Part shown: positions 1 to 6,686 of the stretch, in pieces
Layout: every line of letters starts with the position of its first letter
How positions within the stretch are numbered: the stretch's first letter is position 1
Virus record (IMG/VR): IMGVR_UViG_3300045996_002451
Span: 83,172 to 147,171 of that record
Source of the DNA: a virus
Lineage: Duplodnaviria > Heunggongvirae > Uroviricota > Caudoviricetes
Length of the DNA: 64,000 nucleotides
Reading direction: 5' to 3' (one strand)
The notes under the pieces: model-generated
What the model was told of the DNA's origin: nothing
The model's database searches: none
The model's input: only the letters and a program-made list of their open reading frames with translations
Made by a program: the position numbers and the translations under genes

Positions 1-1
1 G

Positions 2-592
2 TTCATCGGGTTGATCAAAGCCATCGACCGGTTTGATGACACGCGCGGGGTACAGTTTGTCAGCTTCGCCGTGGGCATGATCCGCTCCCACATCCTGGAG
101 CAGATTCGGGAGGAAGATCCCTTACCTCGGTTGACGCAAGATCGACGTAAGCGCCTAGCCCGAGAATCAGCAAGGTTGATCGCTACCCTGGGTCGCTTAC
201 CAACCTCCGAGGAGTTAGCGGAAGCGATGGGACTGGAGCTGGATACGTTCTACAAGTTCCGTGCCAAACTCGCCATGTCCCACGCTGAGTCGCTGGAGAA
301 AACCCTGGATAGGGAAGAGGAGCAACTTACGCTTCGGGACACAGTGTCCGATCCTGCCGTAGACGTGGCTCAGCAGGTAATGGCCAAGGCCGCGGCAGGT
401 GAGGTCAAGAGTTTTATGAAGTACCTGCCTAGTCGCGAGTGCTTGGTTCTGGAGCGCTATTACTGGGGACATGAGACCCTGCTGGAGATCGCGCGCAGTC
501 TGGGTATAAGCGAGTCCCGCGTACACCAGATTCAGCAACTGGCGCTTTCCCGGCTAAGGCAGATGTTGGTGGGCTCCATCGTCGCCTCCTAA
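2..592 (+). CDS. RNA polymerase sigma factor, FliA/WhiG (sigma-28) type, 5'-truncated by window edge
   Basis: Frame open from base 2: FIGLIKAIDRFDDTRGVQFVSFAVGMIR (region 2), LGRLPTSEELAEAMGL (region 3), LPSRECLVLERYY...TLLEIARSLGISESRVHQIQQLALSRLR (region 4 HTH). Confidence 0.9.
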   Translation, partial: FIGLIKAIDRFDDTRGVQFVSFAVGMIRSHILEQIREEDPLPRLTQDRRKRLARESARLIATLGRLPTSEELAEAMGLELDTFYKFRAKLAMSHAESLEKTLDREEEQLTLRDTVSDPAVDVAQQVMAKAAAGEVKSFMKYLPSRECLVLERYYWGHETLLEIARSLGISESRVHQIQQLALSRLRQMLVGSIVAS

Positions 593-595
593 GGC

Positions 596-626
596 AAAAA
601 AAGACCGGTCCTGTTAAAGACCGGTC
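596..626 (-). terminator. Rho-independent terminator-like hairpin with its U-tract on the minus strand
   Basis: A7 (596-602), then GACCGGTC (603-610), 8-nt loop, GACCGGTC (619-626). Confidence 0.45.
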
Positions 627-667
627 GAAGTGCCGGGGCCATCCATCGAAAAAACCCCAGCTCCTCA

Positions 668-683
668 TGTTACCCGTGTAACC
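668..683. promoter_or_regulatory. Motif A copy (TGTTACCCGTGTAACC)
   Basis: Exact 14-mer GTTACCCGTGTAAC at 669-682, upstream of the LmbU/ParB-like gene. Confidence 0.8.
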
Positions 684-688
684 CTACG

Positions 689-704
689 GTTCGACGCGTC
701 ATAC
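689..704. promoter_or_regulatory. Motif B copy (GTTCGACGCGTCATAC; 2 mismatches to GTATGACGCGTCATAC)
   Basis: 5 bp downstream of motif A; matches perfect palindromes at 27613 and 43728. Confidence 0.65.
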
Positions 705-733
705 AAAAGTGTATCAGGCGTGAACGAAAGGGG

Positions 734-739
734 TATACT
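734..739 (+). promoter_or_regulatory. Possible -10 element (TATACT)
   Basis: TATACT about 120 bp upstream of the 860 start; no convincing -35 seen. Confidence 0.3.
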
Positions 740-859
740 GTAAGTGATCGAGATTGAGCGAGAGCCGAGCCGCCCTCCCTCGGAAGACCTCAATCGGGTT
801 AGCGGAAGACTTCCCACTTCCGCACCCAAGAAGCGTTTGTTACTTTTGGAGGAACTGAG

Positions 860-1582
860 TTGAGCAACCCATTACCGGCTATCGTGCAGACCGTTAACCA
901 GCAGCAGTCGCAAAGCTGGCAAGACTTTGTCGAAGAGATCGAAAAGATCGACGTGCAGGAGACGCAAGGGGCGCTCCGCATGGGTGACCTGTTCATCCTG
1001 GCGGAAGAGACCTACGGTCCGAAGAACCTGCAGAAGCTGGCGGAAAACGCCGGGGTTTCGTGGAGTGTGGCTCGACAGCGCCTTTGGGTGTCGAAGCGCA
1101 TCCCGAAAGACAGCATCGTACGGAAGATGAAGGCGCTCACCTTCGGTCACCTGCGCGCGCTGGCGGCAACCGACAAGCAGGAAGAGTGGGCGACCAAGGT
1201 GGAAACCGAGGACCTCACGGTTCGCGATCTGATCGAGGCCATCGACCAGTCCGGCGACAAGCGTAAGGTGGAAAACGGCTTTGCGAGTTGTGCGGACTGC
1301 GGCACGGACATTGTTGCAGGTAGCGAAACCTACGTAGCGGTAAGTCTGGCGGGTGGCAAACGCAACCTCTGCTGCAACGCGGCTTGTGCGATCAACTACC
1401 TGAACCGCGCCGTGACCGCCACGAGCGTGCCGGAAGCCGATCCTTTTACCCCCACGGTCCCTACGGACGCGGCGGAAGCTGAAACAGCGGAAGTCGGCCC
1501 GGTTGAGGACAGCGAAGGGATGCTGGATGCCCCAAGTGTGGATGAGGTCACTTCTAACGAAGATGATCCCTGGGCCGAGTAA
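860..1582 (+). CDS. LmbU/ParB(Spo0J)-like HTH DNA-binding protein with Cys-rich (Zn-binding) domain and acidic tail
   Basis: LQKLAENAGVSWSVARQRLWV...LTFGHLRALA...LTVRDLIEAI resembles the Spo0J/LmbU HTH region (LSMGHGRTLL...LNVRQLEQLI); CADC...CCNAAC; GGAGG RBS; no ParB N-terminal CTPase domain. Confidence 0.6.
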   Translation: MSNPLPAIVQTVNQQQSQSWQDFVEEIEKIDVQETQGALRMGDLFILAEETYGPKNLQKLAENAGVSWSVARQRLWVSKRIPKDSIVRKMKALTFGHLRALAATDKQEEWATKVETEDLTVRDLIEAIDQSGDKRKVENGFASCADCGTDIVAGSETYVAVSLAGGKRNLCCNAACAINYLNRAVTATSVPEADPFTPTVPTDAAEAETAEVGPVEDSEGMLDAPSVDEVTSNEDDPWAE

Positions 1583-1609
1583 GGTTCCGGCTCAACGTTT
1601 AGACGCTTC

Positions 1610-1637
1610 GGGGTGTTACAGACTGTAACACCCCTTT
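1610..1637 (+). terminator. Terminator-like hairpin whose arms contain motif-A half sites
   Basis: GGGGTGTTACA-GAC-TGTAACACCCC-TTT just after the 860-1582 gene. Confidence 0.6.
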
Positions 1638-1661
1638 GCGTCGTCTTGCTAGGAGAAACCT

Positions 1662-2174
1662 GTGACGACTCCCGAAGAGCCCGGTAGCAACCCCGATTTT
1701 GATTGCATGGCGTCGTATCTCAAGGGGGAGAAGCCTGAACTTCCTGAGCTGGACGAAGAGGCCGTACAGCGCCTGGACGCTCAACTGGAAGCAGAGATGG
1801 TGGCGGACTTCGCGGATGCGCTGGGTATGCGGGAGAACGAACCAAAAGAGCACGAAGCCTACCTCCGCAAGATCCTGGACACGTTCTCGCTGCACTGTCC
1901 GGAGTGCGGGACGATCTGCGAAGAGCATGGGTGGGACGTGCGTGTACGGGATCACGTGATTCGACACGCGGCGAAGCTGGCCAAGCGCTTTGTAGAGGGC
2001 GCCGAGATTTACAGTCAGCAGCGGGCCTGGGGGGTTAACGAACCGCGCGAACTGCTGGGTGCCCTCTTTGAGATCCTGGACGAGTTGCAGGTGCTGAATG
2101 AAGCATCTGAACCACAGGATCACCAGGACCACTCCTTTCCAGAGCAAGAGGACAAGGAAGGCACGGAGGAGTAA
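1662..2174 (+). CDS. Hypothetical acidic protein with CxxC motif
   Basis: 170-aa ORF, AGGAG RBS, HCPECGTIC motif. Confidence 0.7.
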   Translation: MTTPEEPGSNPDFDCMASYLKGEKPELPELDEEAVQRLDAQLEAEMVADFADALGMRENEPKEHEAYLRKILDTFSLHCPECGTICEEHGWDVRVRDHVIRHAAKLAKRFVEGAEIYSQQRAWGVNEPRELLGALFEILDELQVLNEASEPQDHQDHSFPEQEDKEGTEE

Positions 2175-2179
2175 ACTCC

Positions 2180-2482
2180 ATGCCCCACACCCGCCACCCA
2201 TTCGAGTATCCGATCAACCGGTTATTCATTCACGTCGGGATGGCGTTGCAGACCTGGATCACCCGCCTTCCCCGCGCGTACACACCCGAAGAACGCGCCG
2301 CCACCGAGGCCCTCATCGAAGAGCGCCTCTCCCTCCCTAAAGCGGTTGAGTTGCAGCTTCTCAAAAGCTACCATTTCCGCTGGGGCAGTAACGGACGCGT
2401 GCGGACCATTAAACTGGTTCCGGACCCCAAGCATCGGCGCTGCCCGGGGATCGCTCAACTCAAAGATTTGTTTTTCAGGTGA
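2180..2482 (+). CDS. Hypothetical protein
   Basis: 100-aa ORF packed between neighbours, GGAGGAG upstream. Confidence 0.6.
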   Translation: MPHTRHPFEYPINRLFIHVGMALQTWITRLPRAYTPEERAATEALIEERLSLPKAVELQLLKSYHFRWGSNGRVRTIKLVPDPKHRRCPGIAQLKDLFFR

Positions 2483-2485
2483 CCT

Positions 2486-3331
2486 ATGTCTGTTGACGAC
2501 GAGTCAAACGCGGGACTTCCCGTACCCCGACCCGATGAAGTGGTGAAGCCCCTGCGGGGCCGTCCGGGCAGACGCATCAAGGCCCGGAGCGACCGACTGC
2601 TGCCGGTGTTGAACATCGACTTCAAGAAGTCGCCCGCCGATCAGATCCTGCCTTGCAGTGATCTGGAGCAGTCGCAGGACCTGGGCTGGTCCATTGACGA
2701 CGTGCGCGTCATCAATCAGGGACTCGGACTCTACGAGACGATCCCGATGGTCTGCAAAGGCTCGGACTGTTTCTGGGCCACCCGGTGCAAAACCGGTCCG
2801 GAGTTCCTGTTCAAGGACTTCCCCTGCCCGATCCAGGTACAGGAAGCCTACACCCACTTTGTCGACCTCGTCCAAGAGCTGGAAGTAAAGCCGGACGACA
2901 ACGTTGACATGAAGATGATCGCTGACCTGGTCCGTATCGATATGCGGATCAAGGCGATCGACATGCAGGTGGCGATCGAAGGCCAGATGACGGATGTGCC
3001 GCACAGTCTCTGGCAGTCCCGCGGTGAGATCAAGTACGCCAAGGGGGTCCATCCCCTGCTCGCCGAGCAGCACAAGCAGCGCGACGCCCGAAACAAGCTG
3101 TACGACAAGCTGATCGCCTCCCGAGAGGCCAAAAAGAAGTCGGAAGCTATGGAAGGCAAGAAAGAAGCGGACTTGCTGGAAGCGCTTTCGAAGCTGCGGG
3201 AGTCCGGGATGGCGTATCTCAACCAGGGCCCACGCGGCAAGATCATCGACGTGACCCCCTCTCCTTCTCCAGCCTTATCCTCGGGTGAGGCTGATGGTCC
3301 TGAAGACGAAGATGATGACATCTTTGCCTAA
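2486..3331 (+). CDS. Putative terminase small subunit (Cys-containing)
   Basis: PMVCKGSDC...C...CP cysteine cluster, helical core, KGVHPLL motif, basic-then-acidic C-terminus; upstream of TerL; function inferred. Confidence 0.4.
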   Translation: MSVDDESNAGLPVPRPDEVVKPLRGRPGRRIKARSDRLLPVLNIDFKKSPADQILPCSDLEQSQDLGWSIDDVRVINQGLGLYETIPMVCKGSDCFWATRCKTGPEFLFKDFPCPIQVQEAYTHFVDLVQELEVKPDDNVDMKMIADLVRIDMRIKAIDMQVAIEGQMTDVPHSLWQSRGEIKYAKGVHPLLAEQHKQRDARNKLYDKLIASREAKKKSEAMEGKKEADLLEALSKLRESGMAYLNQGPRGKIIDVTPSPSPALSSGEADGPEDEDDDIFA

Positions 3332-3342
3332 GGAGATTACTG

Positions 3343-3921
3343 ATGAACGCTAGTCAAGTAATGCGCTCCATGCGGGGTGATGCCCGCATGGGCCTGCAGA
3401 GTATCTTTAGCTCCGAAGGTCGTTCCACCCTCAAGCTCGGCATGAAGACCCTGGGACACATGGGTTCGGCCTGGATGGGCGGTAACGATGAGCTGGCGGG
3501 TCTCGCCTCCAAAGCTTTCGGAAGTGCGTTTCGCACCATGGGACGCCGCGGGATGTACAGCGGTGCCATGATGGGGGCTGCCGGTGGGGGCGCGCTCCAG
3601 ATGGGCAGTAACATCATGAGCGGGGACAACCTCCTGGCAGGAGTACCCGGCGCGATGGGACGCGGCGCGTTCTACGGCGGTGCCACCGGTTTGGCGCTGG
3701 GCATGGGTAACTGGGCAGGACGCCGTGGCCAGACGGCCATTAACCCGTATAACGCAACGCGCAGTCCCGTAGGTGGCGGACGCGCGTTCAATGCGGCTTC
3801 TACGCTACGCGACATGGGTATCGGTCCGGACAAGTTCCAGGCAGGCTCCTTCGGACACGTGAACCGGATGCCAAGTGCTCTTCGCAACTTCTACGCTGCG
3901 CGCAACCCAGTACCCAAGTAG
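3343..3921 (+). CDS. Gly/Ala/Met-rich protein, possible virion internal/membrane-inserting protein
   Basis: AAGGAG RBS; glycine-zipper-like GAMMGAAGGGAL...GAFYGGATGLALGMG. Confidence 0.65.
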   Translation: MNASQVMRSMRGDARMGLQSIFSSEGRSTLKLGMKTLGHMGSAWMGGNDELAGLASKAFGSAFRTMGRRGMYSGAMMGAAGGGALQMGSNIMSGDNLLAGVPGAMGRGAFYGGATGLALGMGNWAGRRGQTAINPYNATRSPVGGGRAFNAASTLRDMGIGPDKFQAGSFGHVNRMPSALRNFYAARNPVPK

Positions 3922-3933
3922 GAAGACCTAACC

Positions 3934-4710
3934 ATGGCAGGTGTAAACGTATTCGGTGGCATCGTCAAGGATAACTCCAAGAACTGGATGAAGGCCGCTT
4001 GGGAAACCGTTGATCATAACATCGGGCAGTTCGGCAAGATGCTGGAAACCGATTCGGCACGCGCTTGGGGCGCTGCGGGTCGGCATGCACGCGCAGGCGC
4101 GATCCCCGGAGCTATGTACGGAGCCATTGGCGGCGGCGGTCTTGCGCTCGCGGACCAAGCCCAAACCGGGGACTACCGCCTGGGCGGCATCGTGGGCGGC
4201 GCGATGCGCGGTGCAGCCATGGGGGCTGTAGGCGGTGCGGCGTATGGAATGGGTCGCCGTCTATCGGGTAACCCGATGGCAGGTGCGATCCCTAAACCGG
4301 CCATGCCTGCTTCGATGGCAAAAGCCGCGCAGTACGAAAAAGACTACGCCAACTGGCGGGGAAGCTTACCTGGACCTCCGGTTAGTGCAGCCCCTCCGGT
4401 GGTCCGTACCCAACAGGGTTCCGGTTTAGGAGCACGGATCCGCGCGCGCTTGAGTGATCCCTTAGGGGTAGGCCGGATGACGGACGGCATCTCCGGAGGG
4501 GTCGGTCTGGATATGCTGCCGTTCCAGAATACGTCCAAGGCCGTACGGAACAACCCCCACTTGAGTGGCACGCAAGCCATGTTTGGACGTGCTCCCGGGC
4601 AAGCGCAATCGATTGGGGGTAGATCAGCCCCTGTGAATCGTACGCGCGCTAAGGTGAACACGCGGAACCCCCACATAAACCCGACCGCCGCTATGTTTGG
4701 TCGTTACTAA
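3934..4710 (+). CDS. Gly/Ala-rich protein, likely paralog of 3343-3921
   Basis: GAMYGAIGGGGLAL...GAAMGAVGGAAYGMGRR, similar to the preceding gene. Confidence 0.65.
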   Translation: MAGVNVFGGIVKDNSKNWMKAAWETVDHNIGQFGKMLETDSARAWGAAGRHARAGAIPGAMYGAIGGGGLALADQAQTGDYRLGGIVGGAMRGAAMGAVGGAAYGMGRRLSGNPMAGAIPKPAMPASMAKAAQYEKDYANWRGSLPGPPVSAAPPVVRTQQGSGLGARIRARLSDPLGVGRMTDGISGGVGLDMLPFQNTSKAVRNNPHLSGTQAMFGRAPGQAQSIGGRSAPVNRTRAKVNTRNPHINPTAAMFGRY

Positions 4711-4721
4711 AGGAGAGTTAA

Positions 4722-4901
4722 GTGCCTACGTACGTGTACCAGTGTAAGTCCTGTGAAGTGAAGAGTGAGAAGATCCAGCGCATCACTGATGCGGCTCTCA
4801 AAACCTGTGAAGACTGCGGCGGTGAGCTGCGTAAGGTGATGCAACCCGTCGCCGTATCGTACAACTGCCTCGGTTTCCACCGTACCGACTATCCGAGGTA
4901 A
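4722..4901 (+). CDS. FmdB-family zinc-ribbon protein (59 aa; missing from ORF track)
   Basis: GTG start after AGGAG; MPTYVYQCKSCEVKSEKIQRITDAALKTCEDCGGELRKVMQPVAVSYNCLGFHRTDYPR fits the MPTYEY.C..C...Q...D.PL..C..CGG.L.K....GF..TD pattern. Confidence 0.85.
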   Translation: MPTYVYQCKSCEVKSEKIQRITDAALKTCEDCGGELRKVMQPVAVSYNCLGFHRTDYPR

Positions 4902-4904
4902 GCT

Positions 4905-5615
4905 ATGGCAGGGCTTTTTGCCCGCGGCGGAAACGCCATCGGTAGTGTTCTAGGCTCGGTCGCCAAGACCGTAGCCCAGAAGTCTGCGGAACACGTAGGT
5001 AACCTGTGGCACTCTGGTCACATTCAGCGTAACGCCGCCTGGCACGCAAGAAACGCGATGTCTGTAGGTCGGATGGGAGCCCAGGCAGTGAACGCCGCGG
5101 CTTATCCGGTTTCGGCAATGGCGGTCGGTGCGGTGCGCGGAGCGGCGGATGTCGCGCTGGGTACCGCGTCCATGGCTTACCGCACGGCCAAATGGGTCGG
5201 CGGAGGCAGCATCACCAAATGGGGTGATGAGATCGCCAACATCGGCGGACACTCCCTCAAGGCGCCCCGGTTCACCGGACAGATGGAAGACAGCCTGGTA
5301 GTGGGCGCGATGGGCCTGGCGGCAGCGGGTGGAGCCTGGAACGCGGCTTCTGCCGGGTTCTCGTTACCTAGTAACGGCGGGCGCGGCGGTGGTTGGGGCG
5401 TGACCCAGTCCGCGGTAAACGGTCAGCTCGAGATTGAGGACGACCGGTTCCTCGGAGCCACCGGTTCCTTGACCCTCGCGATGCACCGCTCCAAGTTCGG
5501 TGGTCAGCAACTCCTTCCCCAGAACTCCTCCGGACAACCTCTCCAGCAGCGAGCCATGGCGTACGCGCACCTGGCCGACGAGGCCGCAATGATGGCGGTC
5601 CACATGGTACGGTAA
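4905..5615 (+). CDS. Gly/Ala-rich hypothetical protein
   Basis: 236-aa ORF, GAGG RBS, hydrophobic LVVGAMGLAAAGGAW segment. Confidence 0.65.
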   Translation: MAGLFARGGNAIGSVLGSVAKTVAQKSAEHVGNLWHSGHIQRNAAWHARNAMSVGRMGAQAVNAAAYPVSAMAVGAVRGAADVALGTASMAYRTAKWVGGGSITKWGDEIANIGGHSLKAPRFTGQMEDSLVVGAMGLAAAGGAWNAASAGFSLPSNGGRGGGWGVTQSAVNGQLEIEDDRFLGATGSLTLAMHRSKFGGQQLLPQNSSGQPLQQRAMAYAHLADEAAMMAVHMVR

Positions 5616-5619
5616 CCTG

Positions 5620-6054
5620 ATGCCTATTCCCCAGTTGAAGTCCATTACCGAGAGTCTTGGCGGCTCTGTTGCCACGATGGGCGGTTGGGGTTTGATGGGG
5701 GCACTCAGCCTCCACAGCTACCACCAGCGCGTCAAGGGCGGCGAGTACTTTGCCAGCGCCGCGGTCAAAGAAGGCGCCTCCTTTGCCATGGGGGCCCTAC
5801 TCTCCGGTCCGGCAGCGTTTGCGATCTACGCGGTCGCTCCGGCAGTCGGGTTCGGCACAACCGCGCTGATTGGAGCGGTTAACCGACAGACCACCATGAA
5901 TCGGCAGATGCGCACGCCGTTCAGTCACCGCTTTGAACACACCGAGATCACGGCTCGCGCGCAAGTCGCGGGCCTGCAAGCCATTGGTGCTTCTGTCGCC
6001 CACCAGTACATGGGTTCAGAAGCGGCCATGATGGCGCGTCGTTATGGAAGATAG
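5620..6054 (+). CDS. Gly/Ala-rich hypothetical membrane protein
   Basis: 144-aa ORF with hydrophobic segments (FAMGALLSGPAAFAIYAVAPAVGFGTTALIGAV). Confidence 0.65.
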   Translation: MPIPQLKSITESLGGSVATMGGWGLMGALSLHSYHQRVKGGEYFASAAVKEGASFAMGALLSGPAAFAIYAVAPAVGFGTTALIGAVNRQTTMNRQMRTPFSHRFEHTEITARAQVAGLQAIGASVAHQYMGSEAAMMARRYGR

Positions 6055-6592
6055 TATGTTTGACCCTTTAATGAAGATCGATCGGCCTTACCTAGCCAGC
6101 CTGCTGCAGTATGGCGGGAAACCCTTCGAGCCCAACGCGTTACAACGACACGTCCTGGGAAAGGAAGAGTGTACGTTAGATGTGATTCGACGCATCGGTA
6201 AAAGTCTGGCGCTGGCCAGCTACGCTGTGGCGGAAGCGTTGTTCCAACCCGAGCAGGACGTGGTGGTGCTTATCCCTAGTCTGCTCCAAGGTGGAGAGAT
6301 TATAAGTTACGTGGATGAGCTGCTCGAGACAGACTGGGTCGTTCCTTACCAGCGCTTCAGCACAGACCGTCCGTATCCTTGTCGCGGGTTTAACAATGGT
6401 TCCCGGATCCGGTTCCTGAGCCAGGAAAAGCACGCGCACGGATTTACGCCGACTACCTTGTTGGTAGACGAGCCGTGTCAGATAGAAGACGCTACCTGGG
6501 TCAAGGTGCTGCGTAAGCTCGCTGGTAAGCGCATCGAACTGGGAAGTTCCCCTTTAATGGAAGAAATCTTCCAGGAAATCACGCGCAGCTAA
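6044..6592 (+). CDS. Truncated terminase-large-subunit ATPase-domain paralog (no nuclease domain)
   Basis: Colinear with the N-terminus of 6687-8381: PFEPNALQR/PFTANDVQR, RRIGKS/RRAGKS (Walker A), TDWVVPY/NDWIAPY, FNNGSRI/FSNGSRV, LLVDE/VLIDE (Walker B). Confidence 0.7.
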   Translation: MEDSMFDPLMKIDRPYLASLLQYGGKPFEPNALQRHVLGKEECTLDVIRRIGKSLALASYAVAEALFQPEQDVVVLIPSLLQGGEIISYVDELLETDWVVPYQRFSTDRPYPCRGFNNGSRIRFLSQEKHAHGFTPTTLLVDEPCQIEDATWVKVLRKLAGKRIELGSSPLMEEIFQEITRS

Positions 6593-6632
6593 AACGGAAG
6601 CGCGCAATCTCCCTTCTCCCTCTAAGGCCACC

Positions 6633-6658
6633 TGGGTGGGTTGTTAACAACCCACCCA
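6633..6658. repeat. 26-bp perfect palindrome
   Basis: TGGGTGGGTTGTTAACAACCCACCCA upstream of TerL. Confidence 0.85.
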
Positions 6659-6668
6659 TCCCTCCGCC

Positions 6669-6684
6669 TGTTACCCGTGTAACA
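6669..6684. promoter_or_regulatory. Motif A copy (TGTTACCCGTGTAACA)
   Basis: Exact copy ending 2 nt before the TTG start of TerL. Confidence 0.85.
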
Positions 6685-6686
6685 CC

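Noticed and set aside
668-683. Motif A as a host LexA (SOS) box
   Set aside because: It shares the 5-4-5 geometry with Gram-positive GAAC-N4-GTTC boxes but has different arms, a conserved core, and copies in coding linkers and late genes; possible but unsupported.
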